64,000 nt of DNA, taken from an uncultured archaeon. Its GTDB lineage: Archaea > Asgardarchaeota > Heimdallarchaeia > Heimdallarchaeales > Heimdallarchaeaceae. Made by a program: the position numbers and the translations under genes. Within the stretch, counting starts at the first letter, position 1, and the number at the start of each line of letters is the position of its first letter. Shown here piece after piece: positions 47,975 through 57,898 of this stretch. The notes beneath the pieces were generated by a model. That model saw only the letters and a program-made list of their open reading frames with translations, was not told the origin of the DNA and did no database searches. The stretch is taken from positions 1-64,000 of the forward strand of contig CAZJUB010000004.1 of the NCBI GenBank assembly GCA_964549075.1, written 5' to 3'.

Positions 47975-48871
47975 ATGAATTCTGCGAATGATATAGACTT
48001 TAGCGGAAAAATAGTATATTTAGAACAGATATTCAAAATTGCTCAAGATAGGCGATATAGTACAGCAATTGATGTATGGGCTATAGTTTTAGATGCAGAA
48101 TTTTCTAATAGAAGATATCATAGTTTAGATGGTAGAGAGATCTATGGAATTACTGCTGCAGATATTGCTTCAAGTCTAAATATGCATCTAAGTTCAGTAT
48201 ATCATAATCTAAAAATCTTACAATCAGAAGATTTAGACCTCCTTAATACAGAGGATTTGATAATTTATAATGAAAAAGGAAGGAGAGTACAACAAAAGGT
48301 CTACCAGATACCGAGGATATATTATGACGAATTCCAACTTGTCCTCAAAGAACTACAGGACGAAGGTTTTCAATATCCTCATCGATTATTTACTTTTTTT
48401 AATATTTTAAAAATCAGAGGGATTCTTGCTCATTATGCTGCTCTTCTTCACAAAGATCGAGTATTAGTAATAAATGAAATTGAAGAAGTTGAAGATTGGT
48501 ATCATACTTGGTTAGATCCTATTAAAATTAAAAATAATGTTGTCGCTCCTGGAGTGATTTACAAATTTACAATAGATGATATGAGAAAAATTTTACCTCA
48601 GATCATAGAATTGCTTGATAAGAATGTAAATAGTTATACTGATGAACATGAAGCAAAAGGGATTATGCCAATTTCCTTTAGTTATTTATTGTTTGTACCT
48701 TATAACGAGATTATGAGAGAAGGCGAATGGTTAAATAGAGATGAGTTTGAGGAAAGAGTAGCTGAAAATATGATAAAAATAGCAAATGGCGAAATAAAAG
48801 AATGCGAAAAAGATCATCAAATATTTTTTAAGTATGGTCTAGCTTGCCCTGTGTGCGGAGAAAAACCTTAA
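47975..48871 (+). CDS. Winged-HTH protein with C-terminal zinc ribbon
   Basis: TAADIASSLNMHLSSVYHNLKIL HTH; terminal CEKDH...CPVCG. Confidence 0.75.
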   Translation: MNSANDIDFSGKIVYLEQIFKIAQDRRYSTAIDVWAIVLDAEFSNRRYHSLDGREIYGITAADIASSLNMHLSSVYHNLKILQSEDLDLLNTEDLIIYNEKGRRVQQKVYQIPRIYYDEFQLVLKELQDEGFQYPHRLFTFFNILKIRGILAHYAALLHKDRVLVINEIEEVEDWYHTWLDPIKIKNNVVAPGVIYKFTIDDMRKILPQIIELLDKNVNSYTDEHEAKGIMPISFSYLLFVPYNEIMREGEWLNRDEFEERVAENMIKIANGEIKECEKDHQIFFKYGLACPVCGEKP

Positions 48872-48873
48872 TT

Positions 48874-49644
48874 TTATCCTAATATTTGTCCAGAATCGAC
48901 TCTTATTATTTGTCCTTGAATATGTTTTGTTTCTAGAAGGAGTTTGATCAAAGGATATATGTCTTCAGGATACAATGTTTGATTCAAAGGATTTTTTTGA
49001 AGTATTCCTTGTTGTATTTCTTCCAATGCTTTTCCTGTTTCTTCAGACTTTTTCTCGATTTCTTGGATATGTCTTTCAGTCATTACATAACCAGGCGAGA
49101 TAGTATTTGTAATAATTTTATATTCTGATCCTTCTTGAGCAAAGAACCAAGTCATAGCATGGATGCCAGCTTTTGCGATACCATAAGGTAATTTTTTGTT
49201 GGAAGGTTTAAATCCTGTAGTTGAACCGAAGAGAATAATGTTTCCTCCACCTGTTGTTTGCATCCATTTCAGCGTTTCTTTCCCAATCAAAAATGCTGAA
49301 TCAAGATTTATTGAAATAACCTTTCTATATTCTTCATAATTTAATTCAGTTGTTTTTTTACTATACAAACTTCCTCCTACCAGATGTATCATACCATCTA
49401 ACTTTGCATATGACTCTTTCATTTTTTTAAATGCTTCTGCAACTTCATTTTCAACAGTACAGTCACAAATAAAAAAAGATACATCAAATCCTTGAGACTT
49501 AAGTTCATCAAAATATTCTTTACTGTGTTCAGTTCCTATTCCTAGTAAGGAATACCCATCTTGGATTAGAAGTTTGGAGATTATTTTACCAATACCACTC
49601 CCTGGAGCAGCTAGTAAAATCGTTTTGCTATTTTCATTTGGCAT
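48874..49644 (-). CDS. Short-chain dehydrogenase/reductase (SDR)
   Basis: GSGIG, YGIAK catalytic motif, NTISPGYVMT, GQIIRVDSG. Confidence 0.9.
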   Translation of the reverse strand: MPNENSKTILLAAPGSGIGKIISKLLIQDGYSLLGIGTEHSKEYFDELKSQGFDVSFFICDCTVENEVAEAFKKMKESYAKLDGMIHLVGGSLYSKKTTELNYEEYRKVISINLDSAFLIGKETLKWMQTTGGGNIILFGSTTGFKPSNKKLPYGIAKAGIHAMTWFFAQEGSEYKIITNTISPGYVMTERHIQEIEKKSEETGKALEEIQQGILQKNPLNQTLYPEDIYPLIKLLLETKHIQGQIIRVDSGQILG

Positions 49645-49750
49645 AATTCTCTATATACCTCTCATTTTTCTTAAAATAAGTATTATCTTCAAACCAAATT
49701 TCAAGAGAGCATAAGATTTAAGGCAGTTTATTACTATTATTATAACAGAG

Positions 49751-50410
49751 TTGATGAAAATGGAAACAGAGATAATTACACTAAATGAATACCAACTCAA
49801 TCTTAACAAACTTCGTGACGCTGCAAATTATGTATTAGATGGACAGGTAATTGCTTTTCCAACAGATACAATATATGGAATAGGATGTGATGTATTTAAT
49901 ACTGAAGCAGTAGAAAAGATCTATACATTAAAACAAAGGCCAAAAAATAAACCTATCAATGTTTTAATCTCTGAAGTAAATCAAGTCTATGATGTAGCAC
50001 GGGATATTAAACCACTATTTTTTGAACTTGCAACACGTTTCTGGCCAGGAGGATTAACCATAATTGTAGAAAAAAACAGAAGTGTCCCTGAAGTAGTTAC
50101 TTCAAAACTTAATTTTGTTGGTGTAAGAATGCCAAGAAATAATATCGTTCAACAACTAATTAAACTAGCTTATACTCCTCTAGCTGCTACAAGTGCTAAC
50201 ATTTCCGAACAACCTGATTCTAAAACAGCAGAAAACGTTCTAGAGTATTTTGAAGGAAAGATTCCTTGTTTAATCGATGGAGGTCCTACAGAATTAGGCA
50301 AACCTTCAACAATTCTTGATATTTCAGGTAAAACTCCAAAGATTGTCAGATCAGGTGTAATTTCTGGAGATATGTTAAGAGAAATCATTCCAAAACTTAA
50401 GGGAAAGTGA
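49751..50410 (+). CDS. tsaC: Threonylcarbamoyl-AMP synthase (TsaC/Sua5, YrdC domain only)
   Basis: FPTDTIYG, KQRP.NKP, FWPG.LT, GVRMP, TSANIS, STI. Confidence 0.92.
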   Translation: MMKMETEIITLNEYQLNLNKLRDAANYVLDGQVIAFPTDTIYGIGCDVFNTEAVEKIYTLKQRPKNKPINVLISEVNQVYDVARDIKPLFFELATRFWPGGLTIIVEKNRSVPEVVTSKLNFVGVRMPRNNIVQQLIKLAYTPLAATSANISEQPDSKTAENVLEYFEGKIPCLIDGGPTELGKPSTILDISGKTPKIVRSGVISGDMLREIIPKLKGK

Positions 50411-50467
50411 AAAAAGTAAAAAATGTTTAAATAAAATGTTTTTAAGTATCTTATATCATATTACTAG

Positions 50468-51124
50468 GTGATAAGAATGAGAACTGAAGTTATTTTTTGG
50501 GATGTTGATACACAAAGAGATTTTATGGATCCAGATGGCAAATTGTATGTAAAAGGAGCGGAGAATCTTAAAGAAAACTTGGAGAAATTAACTCAGTTTG
50601 CGAATATTAATAGAATTCGTATCTTAGGTACTGTAGATTATCATTCTGAAGTAGATCCCGAGATAGAAAAGGACAATCCTGATTTTAATGAAACTTTCCC
50701 TCCCCATTGTATGCAGAATGATTCAGGACAAGAGAAGATTTTGGAGACAAGATCAGAGTTAACTAACTGGATAGATCCAATCACATACCCTGAGGAGAAA
50801 ATCGATCAAATTTTAGAATCTAAAGGACCTATTATTTTTAGAAAAACAACCTTTGATGGCTTCTCAAATCCTAATGTTATAACATTTATTAGTAAAATAA
50901 AACCACAAAAAGTAGTAGTTTATGGAGTAGCTATTGATTATTGTGTAAAAACTGCTATAGAAGGTCTATTGAATTTTGGAGATTTAGAGATCTATTTAGT
51001 AATCGATGCAATAGAAGGGATTAATGAAGAAAATTCTCTTAAATTAATTGAAGACTGGATACAGAAAGGCATAAAAACTGTCACAACTGAAGCAGTTCTA
51101 AAAGGGTATGTCCATGGTTCTTAG
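50468..51124 (+). CDS. pncA: Isochorismatase family cysteine hydrolase; probable nicotinamidase
   Basis: DVDTQRDF, D.H, FPPHC, K, GVAIDYCV; GGTGA RBS favours ATG 50477. Confidence 0.8.
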   Translation: MIRMRTEVIFWDVDTQRDFMDPDGKLYVKGAENLKENLEKLTQFANINRIRILGTVDYHSEVDPEIEKDNPDFNETFPPHCMQNDSGQEKILETRSELTNWIDPITYPEEKIDQILESKGPIIFRKTTFDGFSNPNVITFISKIKPQKVVVYGVAIDYCVKTAIEGLLNFGDLEIYLVIDAIEGINEENSLKLIEDWIQKGIKTVTTEAVLKGYVHGS

Positions 51125-51456
51125 AATGTTAGTTGATGCCACCCCTCTTTTAACATATCAGAAACAAAAGAACCAACATATCTAACATCAATACCTATTT
51201 CTTCTAACTGCTTACTAACTTCAAAATGATCACTACAAGATTTACACGCATAGACTTCAATTCCCTCATCCAATAACATTCGAATTTCCTCTTGGAATTC
51301 TAAATCTTCTAAAATTAATTTCTCTGTAGGTCCCCAAAGAATAACTCTGACTTGATCCATCCAACCTTTGGTTTTGGAGTTGAAAGAATATGGGAAGCTT
51401 AGTTCTCTATGAACAACAGAATCTGCACTACTTAAAATCAAAAAAACTTTATTCAT
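51121..51456 (-). CDS. DsrE family protein
   Basis: W...V.VILWGP, ACKSC, terminal LTF. Confidence 0.8.
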   Translation of the reverse strand: MNKVFLILSSADSVVHRELSFPYSFNSKTKGWMDQVRVILWGPTEKLILEDLEFQEEIRMLLDEGIEVYACKSCSDHFEVSKQLEEIGIDVRYVGSFVSDMLKEGWHQLTF

Positions 51457-51633
51457 AATATCTCTAAAGCTAAGCAGATTTAAATCTGTTAGGATTTATC
51501 AGTTTTTTACATAAACAAACTTTGATGTTAATTAGACTGATTCAAACATAAATAAATAAAAACTAGTTAAAAATTTACTAATTTCGTTTCAATAAAAATT
51601 TATATGTAACGAATCTTTTTTCTCTTGAAATAC

Positions 51634-53076
51634 ATGGATGACTTAATAGCTAAAGCTATAGATAAAGCTGAAAAGGGAGGCGCATCTTTTGCAGAAGTTA
51701 GAGTATTTGGTTATAAATATGAAACTGTTTCAACAAGAGATGGACAAATTGAATCTTGTGGGAATTACAATGATAGAGGATATGGTATTAGAGTAATTAA
51801 AAATGGTGCCTGGGGATTCGCATCCACTTCTATCATTGATGAAAGCACAGTTGATGAAATTGCACAACTTGCACTTAAAGAAGCAGAAGCTACTAGTAAA
51901 GTTCAAAAGAGTAAGATTGAACTAACAGAAGAACCAATAATCAAAGATAAGTATAAAACTCCTTACAAAGTCAATCCTTTCGATATACCAATCGAAGATA
52001 AGATTGAGATTCTAAAATTATCTGACCAAATAATTATGGAGAAAGGAAATATAATTAAATCTAGAAGCAACGGGATGAGTTTTTACAACGTTTATTTAGA
52101 TTATGGAAATTCAGAAGGAACTCGCATAACTCAAGAGGAACTTTTTACAGGAGCTGATGTCTCAGTTATTGCAATTGCAAATGATAACCAATCACGGAGT
52201 GAAGGATTATTTGAAATGAGAGGTTATGAATACATCGATAAATTCGATTTTGAAAAAACTTCTGATTATGTCGCTAAAGAAGCAGTATTACTGGCAACAG
52301 AAGCTAAGGCTCCAAAAGTACAAAAAACTAACTTCATTTTAGAACCATTTCAACTTGGACTAACTATTCATGAAAGCTGTGGACACCCAACTGAATTAGA
52401 TAGAGTGTTAGGATGGGAAGCAGATTTTGCTGGAACTAGCTTCTTAACTTTAGATAAACTTGGAACCAATTACAAATATGGTTCAGAGAAAGTTAATCTT
52501 ATTTGTGATCCTACAATGCCATATGTTTTAGGACATGAAAAGTATGATCATGAAGGAGTAGCTACTAAGAAATTTGATGTTGTTAGAGAAGGAATATTCA
52601 AAGGTTACCAATCTGATCGACAAACAGCTAAAATCGTTGGATTAGAACATAGTAACGGAAATGCGAGGATAGCACGATACAACAGAGTTCCTCTTGTTCG
52701 TATGAGTAATCTCTATCTTGAATCTGATCCTGAAGGACCAAAAGATTTAGATGAACTGATTTCTGAGACCAATGAAGGAATTTACGGTATTGGATGGAAA
52801 TCTCATTCTATTGATGATAAAAGAATCAATTTCCAATTTGCTGTACAGATAGCATATGAAATCAAAAATGGCGAACTTGGACAGCCTCTAAAAAATACTA
52901 TCTATCAAGCTGCAACTCCAGAATTTTGGGGTGGATTAGATATGATGACACAAGAATGGTCAATAGAAGGTCTAGGTCCTTCTTGTGGAAAAGGAGCTCC
53001 ACACATGCAAGCTATGTGGGTATCTCATGGTGGCCCTTATTCCAGATTTAAGGATGTGAATATCTTTACAGGGTGA
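51634..53076 (+). CDS. tldD: TldD metalloprotease subunit
   Basis: GIRV...GAWGFAS, HESCGHPTELDR, DHEG, RMSN, CGKG. Confidence 0.93.
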   Translation: MDDLIAKAIDKAEKGGASFAEVRVFGYKYETVSTRDGQIESCGNYNDRGYGIRVIKNGAWGFASTSIIDESTVDEIAQLALKEAEATSKVQKSKIELTEEPIIKDKYKTPYKVNPFDIPIEDKIEILKLSDQIIMEKGNIIKSRSNGMSFYNVYLDYGNSEGTRITQEELFTGADVSVIAIANDNQSRSEGLFEMRGYEYIDKFDFEKTSDYVAKEAVLLATEAKAPKVQKTNFILEPFQLGLTIHESCGHPTELDRVLGWEADFAGTSFLTLDKLGTNYKYGSEKVNLICDPTMPYVLGHEKYDHEGVATKKFDVVREGIFKGYQSDRQTAKIVGLEHSNGNARIARYNRVPLVRMSNLYLESDPEGPKDLDELISETNEGIYGIGWKSHSIDDKRINFQFAVQIAYEIKNGELGQPLKNTIYQAATPEFWGGLDMMTQEWSIEGLGPSCGKGAPHMQAMWVSHGGPYSRFKDVNIFTG

Positions 53077-54461
53077 TATCTATGAGTTTAGAACAACAAA
53101 AAGAACTATTGAGTGAATTAATTCAACTTGCACTTAAAAGAGTAAAGGAACTTGGTGCAGAAGGGTATGTTAATGCTAATATTTCTAAACAACATGCAAC
53201 TAGATTTTCAAATTCAGAAATATTACAGAATTATGTCGATCTTCAAAGAAGCTTCGAATTGACTGTTGTATATAAGAACAAACAAAAATCAACGTCCTAC
53301 ACAAATGATTTCTCAAACGATAGCATACTGAGCTTAGCAGATTATGTAACCAAAGTAGCTAAATTAGTACCACCCGATCCTATGTATCCAGGAATGTTAA
53401 CAGAAGAACAGAAATTTTCGAAACTTCAATTAAATGATCCAAAAGTTAGAAATATCCAACCAGATAATATTGCTGATAAAATCGAAGGAGCTATAATTGC
53501 AGGAGAAGGTATGGATCAAAAGGTTACTGGAGTTTCTGGGAACTTACTTATAGTTGATGGATATAATGTATTCTCGTCATCTGCTGATATAGAACTAGTT
53601 TTTCCAGAAACAGGGATAGTAGCAACTCTCAACACACAAGCAATACAAGGGGAAGAAGAAAGTAGATCAAATAGCGATTTTGGAGCTAGATATTTCGATA
53701 AACTTGATATGGAGAAAGAATCCAAAGAAGTAGCTGAAAGAGCAGTAAATGGACTAGGTTCAACATCTATAGAACCCGGAGAATACGAAGTTATATTTGA
53801 TCATCAAGCTGCTTCAACAATTGCTAGAATGACAGGAATGGCTACATCTTCAATGCAACTTATAAGTAGAAGGAGTTTCTTGAATGATCGAATTGGACAA
53901 CAAGTATTTGATGAAAATATATCTGTAATTCATGAACCTCATAATCAAGATTTGTTAAGTGCTAGACCAATAGATGATGAAGGAATGGCAACTCACGGAT
54001 TTCCTGTTATTGAAAATGGCGTATTGAAAAATTACTCTTTTTCTAGATTAGATGCATCGAAATTAGGAGCTATACCGAAAGGATGTGGATTTAGTTTCTT
54101 TGGACGAACCATTGGATTCCCGTTTGCTATGGTCATGCAACCTGGCGATAAATCAAGAGAACAATTAATTTCAGAGATTGATGATGGTTTACTAATTACA
54201 AATTTCCATTATACTAATTTCGTAAACCCACCAATTGGATCAATCACTGGTATGTCAAAAGATGGACTTTTCATAATCAAAAACGGAGAAATTATTGGTT
54301 CTGCAAAGAATATGCGATTTACAGATGAAATACCTAGATTTTTGAAAGAGGTTGACGTTGGAAAAGAACTGCGACAACCTGTAGGTATGATGGGTATAGG
54401 AAGTATGGTTGCTCCTATAAGATCCAAAAGTTTCAGATTTACAAGTAAAACAGGACACTAA
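53073..54461 (+). CDS. pmbA: PmbA/TldE family protein
   Basis: TRFSNSEI.QN, IEPGEYEVIF, DDEG, TGMSKDG, NMRF; no HExxH; likely start ATG 53082. Confidence 0.9.
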   Translation: MISMSLEQQKELLSELIQLALKRVKELGAEGYVNANISKQHATRFSNSEILQNYVDLQRSFELTVVYKNKQKSTSYTNDFSNDSILSLADYVTKVAKLVPPDPMYPGMLTEEQKFSKLQLNDPKVRNIQPDNIADKIEGAIIAGEGMDQKVTGVSGNLLIVDGYNVFSSSADIELVFPETGIVATLNTQAIQGEEESRSNSDFGARYFDKLDMEKESKEVAERAVNGLGSTSIEPGEYEVIFDHQAASTIARMTGMATSSMQLISRRSFLNDRIGQQVFDENISVIHEPHNQDLLSARPIDDEGMATHGFPVIENGVLKNYSFSRLDASKLGAIPKGCGFSFFGRTIGFPFAMVMQPGDKSREQLISEIDDGLLITNFHYTNFVNPPIGSITGMSKDGLFIIKNGEIIGSAKNMRFTDEIPRFLKEVDVGKELRQPVGMMGIGSMVAPIRSKSFRFTSKTGH

Positions 54462-54658
54462 TTCTCTTCTTTTCTTTTTTTTATTTCGAACGTATATTTT
54501 TCTTCATCAAGCCACGGACATTTTGCACAAGAATCACACGATTCATTGCAATTTCCTCTAGATATGAAAAATCTCACAAATCGCCTTTTTATCTTAGTCC
54601 AGAAAGATAGTTCATCAGCTGGTTCTTCACATGAGTTCATTTTTCTAACCTCAAACAA
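54458..54658 (-). CDS. Small Cys-rich FeoB-associated protein
   Basis: CNESCDSCAKCP motif, immediately downstream of feoB. Confidence 0.6.
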   Translation of the reverse strand: MFEVRKMNSCEEPADELSFWTKIKRRFVRFFISRGNCNESCDSCAKCPWLDEEKYTFEIKKRKEEN

Positions 54659-56891
54659 ATTGTGCTAATACATGATAAACAATTACCGTTAGTATAATGG
54701 TTATTGCTAGTGGATAAAATATACCTACTATTGTTAGTTTCCAGCTCTTAGTCTCAGATTTAATTGTTGCAATCGTAGCAAAACATGGAGCATAAGTTAA
54801 TTGAAAAAGCAAGAAGGATATAACTTGTGATACTTTCCAAGTCGTAGCTGTTATTCCACCTGGATAAAGTATTGTCAAAGCTGAGATTATAGTTTCTTTT
54901 GCCGGTATTCCAAAGATTAACGGAACAGTCATTCTCCAATCAAAGCCAAACAAAGGCATTGTAACTACTTGTAATCCTCTGCCGATATATTCAGCTATTG
55001 ATAATTTGGTCACTAAAATTGGGCTCATTTGAACATAAAGGAGAACTTCACTTTCAGTAGGTTTGACAAAAGGTACATTACTGAGAAACCATATAAAGAG
55101 GGAAGCTATAAAAATAAAAGTTCCAGCTTTCTTAAGGAAGATACCACCTCGTTCCCAAGTTAGATTCATGACATTCTTGAATCTTGGTCTTCTGTAATCT
55201 GGTAGTTCTAAGATCAAGGGAATTGGATCTTCATGCTCATAAAAGATTCTAAAGAGAAAAGCTGTTAACAAAACTAGTAATAAGCTAACTCCATAAAGAA
55301 GTAACATGATTATTGCTGCTAACCAAGGTTGAAAGAATATACTAGTTAGAAACGCTATAACACCTAATCTCGCAGCACAAGGAATAAAAGAGTTAGCAAT
55401 AATCATCGTTGTTCTGTCTTTTTTATTTCTGATTGTTCTTGTTGCCATTATACCTGCAACATTACATCCAAATCCCATAATAAGACTTAGAAAAGCTGAA
55501 CCTTGCATCCCGAATTTACCCATCACTTTATCCATTAAATATGCGGACCTTGCTAAATAACCTGAATCTTCTAGAACTGCAATTAGTGTATAGAAAATCA
55601 AGATGATAGGTACAAATAAAAGAACAGCAGTAATTCCTGCTATGATTCCATTAACTAATAGACTATTCAAGAATGGAGGACTATTGATACTAACAAGCGA
55701 ATTCATTGTCCAATCTGAGAATTGAGTAAAAATCCATTCTAAACCACGTATTATAGGAGATGTAGCATAAAATGTTATTAGGAAAAATACTGCAAATACT
55801 GCTATGAGAACAGGATACCCATAGATTTTGTGAATTAGAACTTTATCAATTTTATCACTTACTGTTACTTCAAATGCTTCTCCTCCTTCAGTAACTTCAT
55901 TTACTATATTATGTAAAGCACCATATTTTCTTTTAGAAATTTCAACAGATGGATCAAATTGTTCTATCCTTGCCAAATTTTCTATTTTTTCTTCAAGATT
56001 AGATAAATCAAATTCCTGAGATATTTCTTCCTTTACTAAAGAATCTCCTTCTAGTATTTTGAAAGCTAACCATCTAGTTGGATAACTCAACATGGTTTCT
56101 CTTGCTTCAATTTGTTTTGAAATATTATTAATCATAAATTCAATTTTTGGAGGATAGACTACATTCGCAGGATTAAAGTGGTATTTATCTGTATGTAAGG
56201 AATCATAGATAAATTTCTTTATTCTCAGAATATCCAAAATATCATATGCACAAACATAAAGAATCGGAACTCCTAGTTTCTCTTGCAGAAGTTGAGTATC
56301 AATATCAAGACATTCTTTTTCTGCGATATCTTTCATATTTATAATGATAGCAACGTTTGAGGTCAATTCCATCACTTGAAGTGCTACAAATAAGGTTCTT
56401 TCTAATCTTGTAGCATCTGCAATTACACATACTAAATCAGGTTTTTCTTGAACAATATATTGACGAGTAACCAATTCTTCTTCAGATCTAGCAGCAAGAG
56501 AGTAAGCACCTGGTAAGTCGATTAATGAGAAATATTCGTCAGAAAGAATAAAATGACCTTCCTTTCTCTCTACTGTTTTTCCAGGCCAATTACCAATATG
56601 CTGGTGCGAACCTGTAAGAAGATTGAACAACGAGGATTTACCAACGTTAGGATTACCAAGAAAAGCTATCTTATGTTCAATCGAATGATCGTTATAAATA
56701 TGTCTTCGCATATGAGTACGAAAATGCATTCTAAATTCTTTTCTAAATCCAGTAAATTGTTTATTCCACTGAGTGCGAAAATGATGACTTATTCTTTGTT
56801 TAAATTTGTTAAATTGTTTACGTCTAAAACCTTTTTTTCTCTTTCTTGAAGGTCTTCCTCTTCTATGGTGATGACCACGTTTGTTAGGCAT
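54651..56891 (-). CDS. feoB: Ferrous iron transporter FeoB with Arg/His-rich N-terminal extension
   Basis: GNPNVGKS, NWPGKTV, DLPG.YSL, LEDSGY, GFGCNV, PCAARL, ELP.Y, Y.PC.AT. Confidence 0.96.
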   Translation of the reverse strand: MPNKRGHHHRRGRPSRKRKKGFRRKQFNKFKQRISHHFRTQWNKQFTGFRKEFRMHFRTHMRRHIYNDHSIEHKIAFLGNPNVGKSSLFNLLTGSHQHIGNWPGKTVERKEGHFILSDEYFSLIDLPGAYSLAARSEEELVTRQYIVQEKPDLVCVIADATRLERTLFVALQVMELTSNVAIIINMKDIAEKECLDIDTQLLQEKLGVPILYVCAYDILDILRIKKFIYDSLHTDKYHFNPANVVYPPKIEFMINNISKQIEARETMLSYPTRWLAFKILEGDSLVKEEISQEFDLSNLEEKIENLARIEQFDPSVEISKRKYGALHNIVNEVTEGGEAFEVTVSDKIDKVLIHKIYGYPVLIAVFAVFFLITFYATSPIIRGLEWIFTQFSDWTMNSLVSINSPPFLNSLLVNGIIAGITAVLLFVPIILIFYTLIAVLEDSGYLARSAYLMDKVMGKFGMQGSAFLSLIMGFGCNVAGIMATRTIRNKKDRTTMIIANSFIPCAARLGVIAFLTSIFFQPWLAAIIMLLLYGVSLLLVLLTAFLFRIFYEHEDPIPLILELPDYRRPRFKNVMNLTWERGGIFLKKAGTFIFIASLFIWFLSNVPFVKPTESEVLLYVQMSPILVTKLSIAEYIGRGLQVVTMPLFGFDWRMTVPLIFGIPAKETIISALTILYPGGITATTWKVSQVISFLLFQLTYAPCFATIATIKSETKSWKLTIVGIFYPLAITIILTVIVYHVLAQFV

Positions 56892-56902
56892 AAAAACAAA
56901 TC

Positions 56903-57127
56903 CTAATTCACTTCAATTTTCGCTGCTAATCCCCGCCCTAAAGCTACACGTGTTCCTTTTACTTCTATTATCACTGGACCTGAATCATTCTTAATTACTT
57001 TAATTTTTTCCCCATCATGTATCCCCATATCAGCTAGAAACCTGTGAGCTTTACTACCTGCATAGATATGAATGATGGTAAGAACTCCATTCTCATGCAT
57101 ATCAATCAAGTATTTCTTATCAGACAT
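56903..57127 (-). CDS. feoA: FeoA
   Basis: LADMGI..G, GPVII.VKG.RVALGRGLA.KI.V. Confidence 0.93.
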   Translation of the reverse strand: MSDKKYLIDMHENGVLTIIHIYAGSKAHRFLADMGIHDGEKIKVIKNDSGPVIIEVKGTRVALGRGLAAKIEVN

Positions 57128-57154
57128 TAATACCCACTTCTAGCCAGCCAGAGA

Positions 57155-57176
57155 AAATTTGGACGCATCCAAATTT
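57155..57176. promoter_or_regulatory. Inverted repeat AAATTTGGA-N4-TCCAAATTT; candidate DtxR/MntR-type metal-repressor box
   Basis: Perfect 9-bp arms 28-49 bp upstream of feoA, overlapping a TATA-like element. Confidence 0.65.
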
Positions 57177-57343
57177 ATATGTTGATTGTATTGAGTTCGA
57201 GTATCTTATAAGATTATCGTTAGAACCTCTGAAATTTTGGAAAATAAGCAGCTTATCCAAATTATCTGAACAGTTCTAAATTTAGACACAAAAAATGCAA
57301 CTTGTTTTTAAAACCGAATCAATTTTCCGCAGTATTCGATTGT

Positions 57344-57726
57344 TTAAGCATCTGATCTTTTTTCAAAAGATTTTCTACTTCTAATCGAAAGAAAGATAAT
57401 ACTTAGAAGAGCAAAAAGAAGAAAAAATTGATTAATACCACCTAAAACTACACTTGCAACACTCCAAATAGCTTGAACTGACCACCCTTCCATACTTATC
57501 CATCCAATAAGATGTATTATCGAAAGAATTCCACCTGTACACAGAACAACAATAAAAATAACTTACTGATCTTTAAAAATTAGAGTTACTTTAGGACTAT
57601 CAAAGAAATCGTTAAAGGTATAACTGGATTTAGAACTTCGCTCTAGTTTTCTTAAAACTTTCTTTCGTAAATTTTTGGGTTTATGTTTTTGTTTGTTAGA
57701 AGGCTAGCGTCTGTGCGAAGATTCAT
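57344..57726 (-). pseudogene. Possible degraded small membrane-protein gene
   Basis: Frame reads ...LIFKDQ*VIFIVVLCTGGILSIIHLIGW...FFLLFALLSIIFLSIRSRK; internal TAA 57563-57565; nearest ATG (57726) is out of frame. Confidence 0.4.
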
Positions 57727-57898
57727 ATCTTTAAGAATTAAATAGAGCTATTAAATTTATTGCCTTATTTGCAAAAGACAAGAATTTATTGCCTTACACA
57801 TGTAAATTCCTACCTTCTTGTAAACCCTCTTATTAAATGGGGTTCTTATTAAGAAGGGAGTAGGGATGTTTCCAATGGAGAAAATTACAACTATACAG

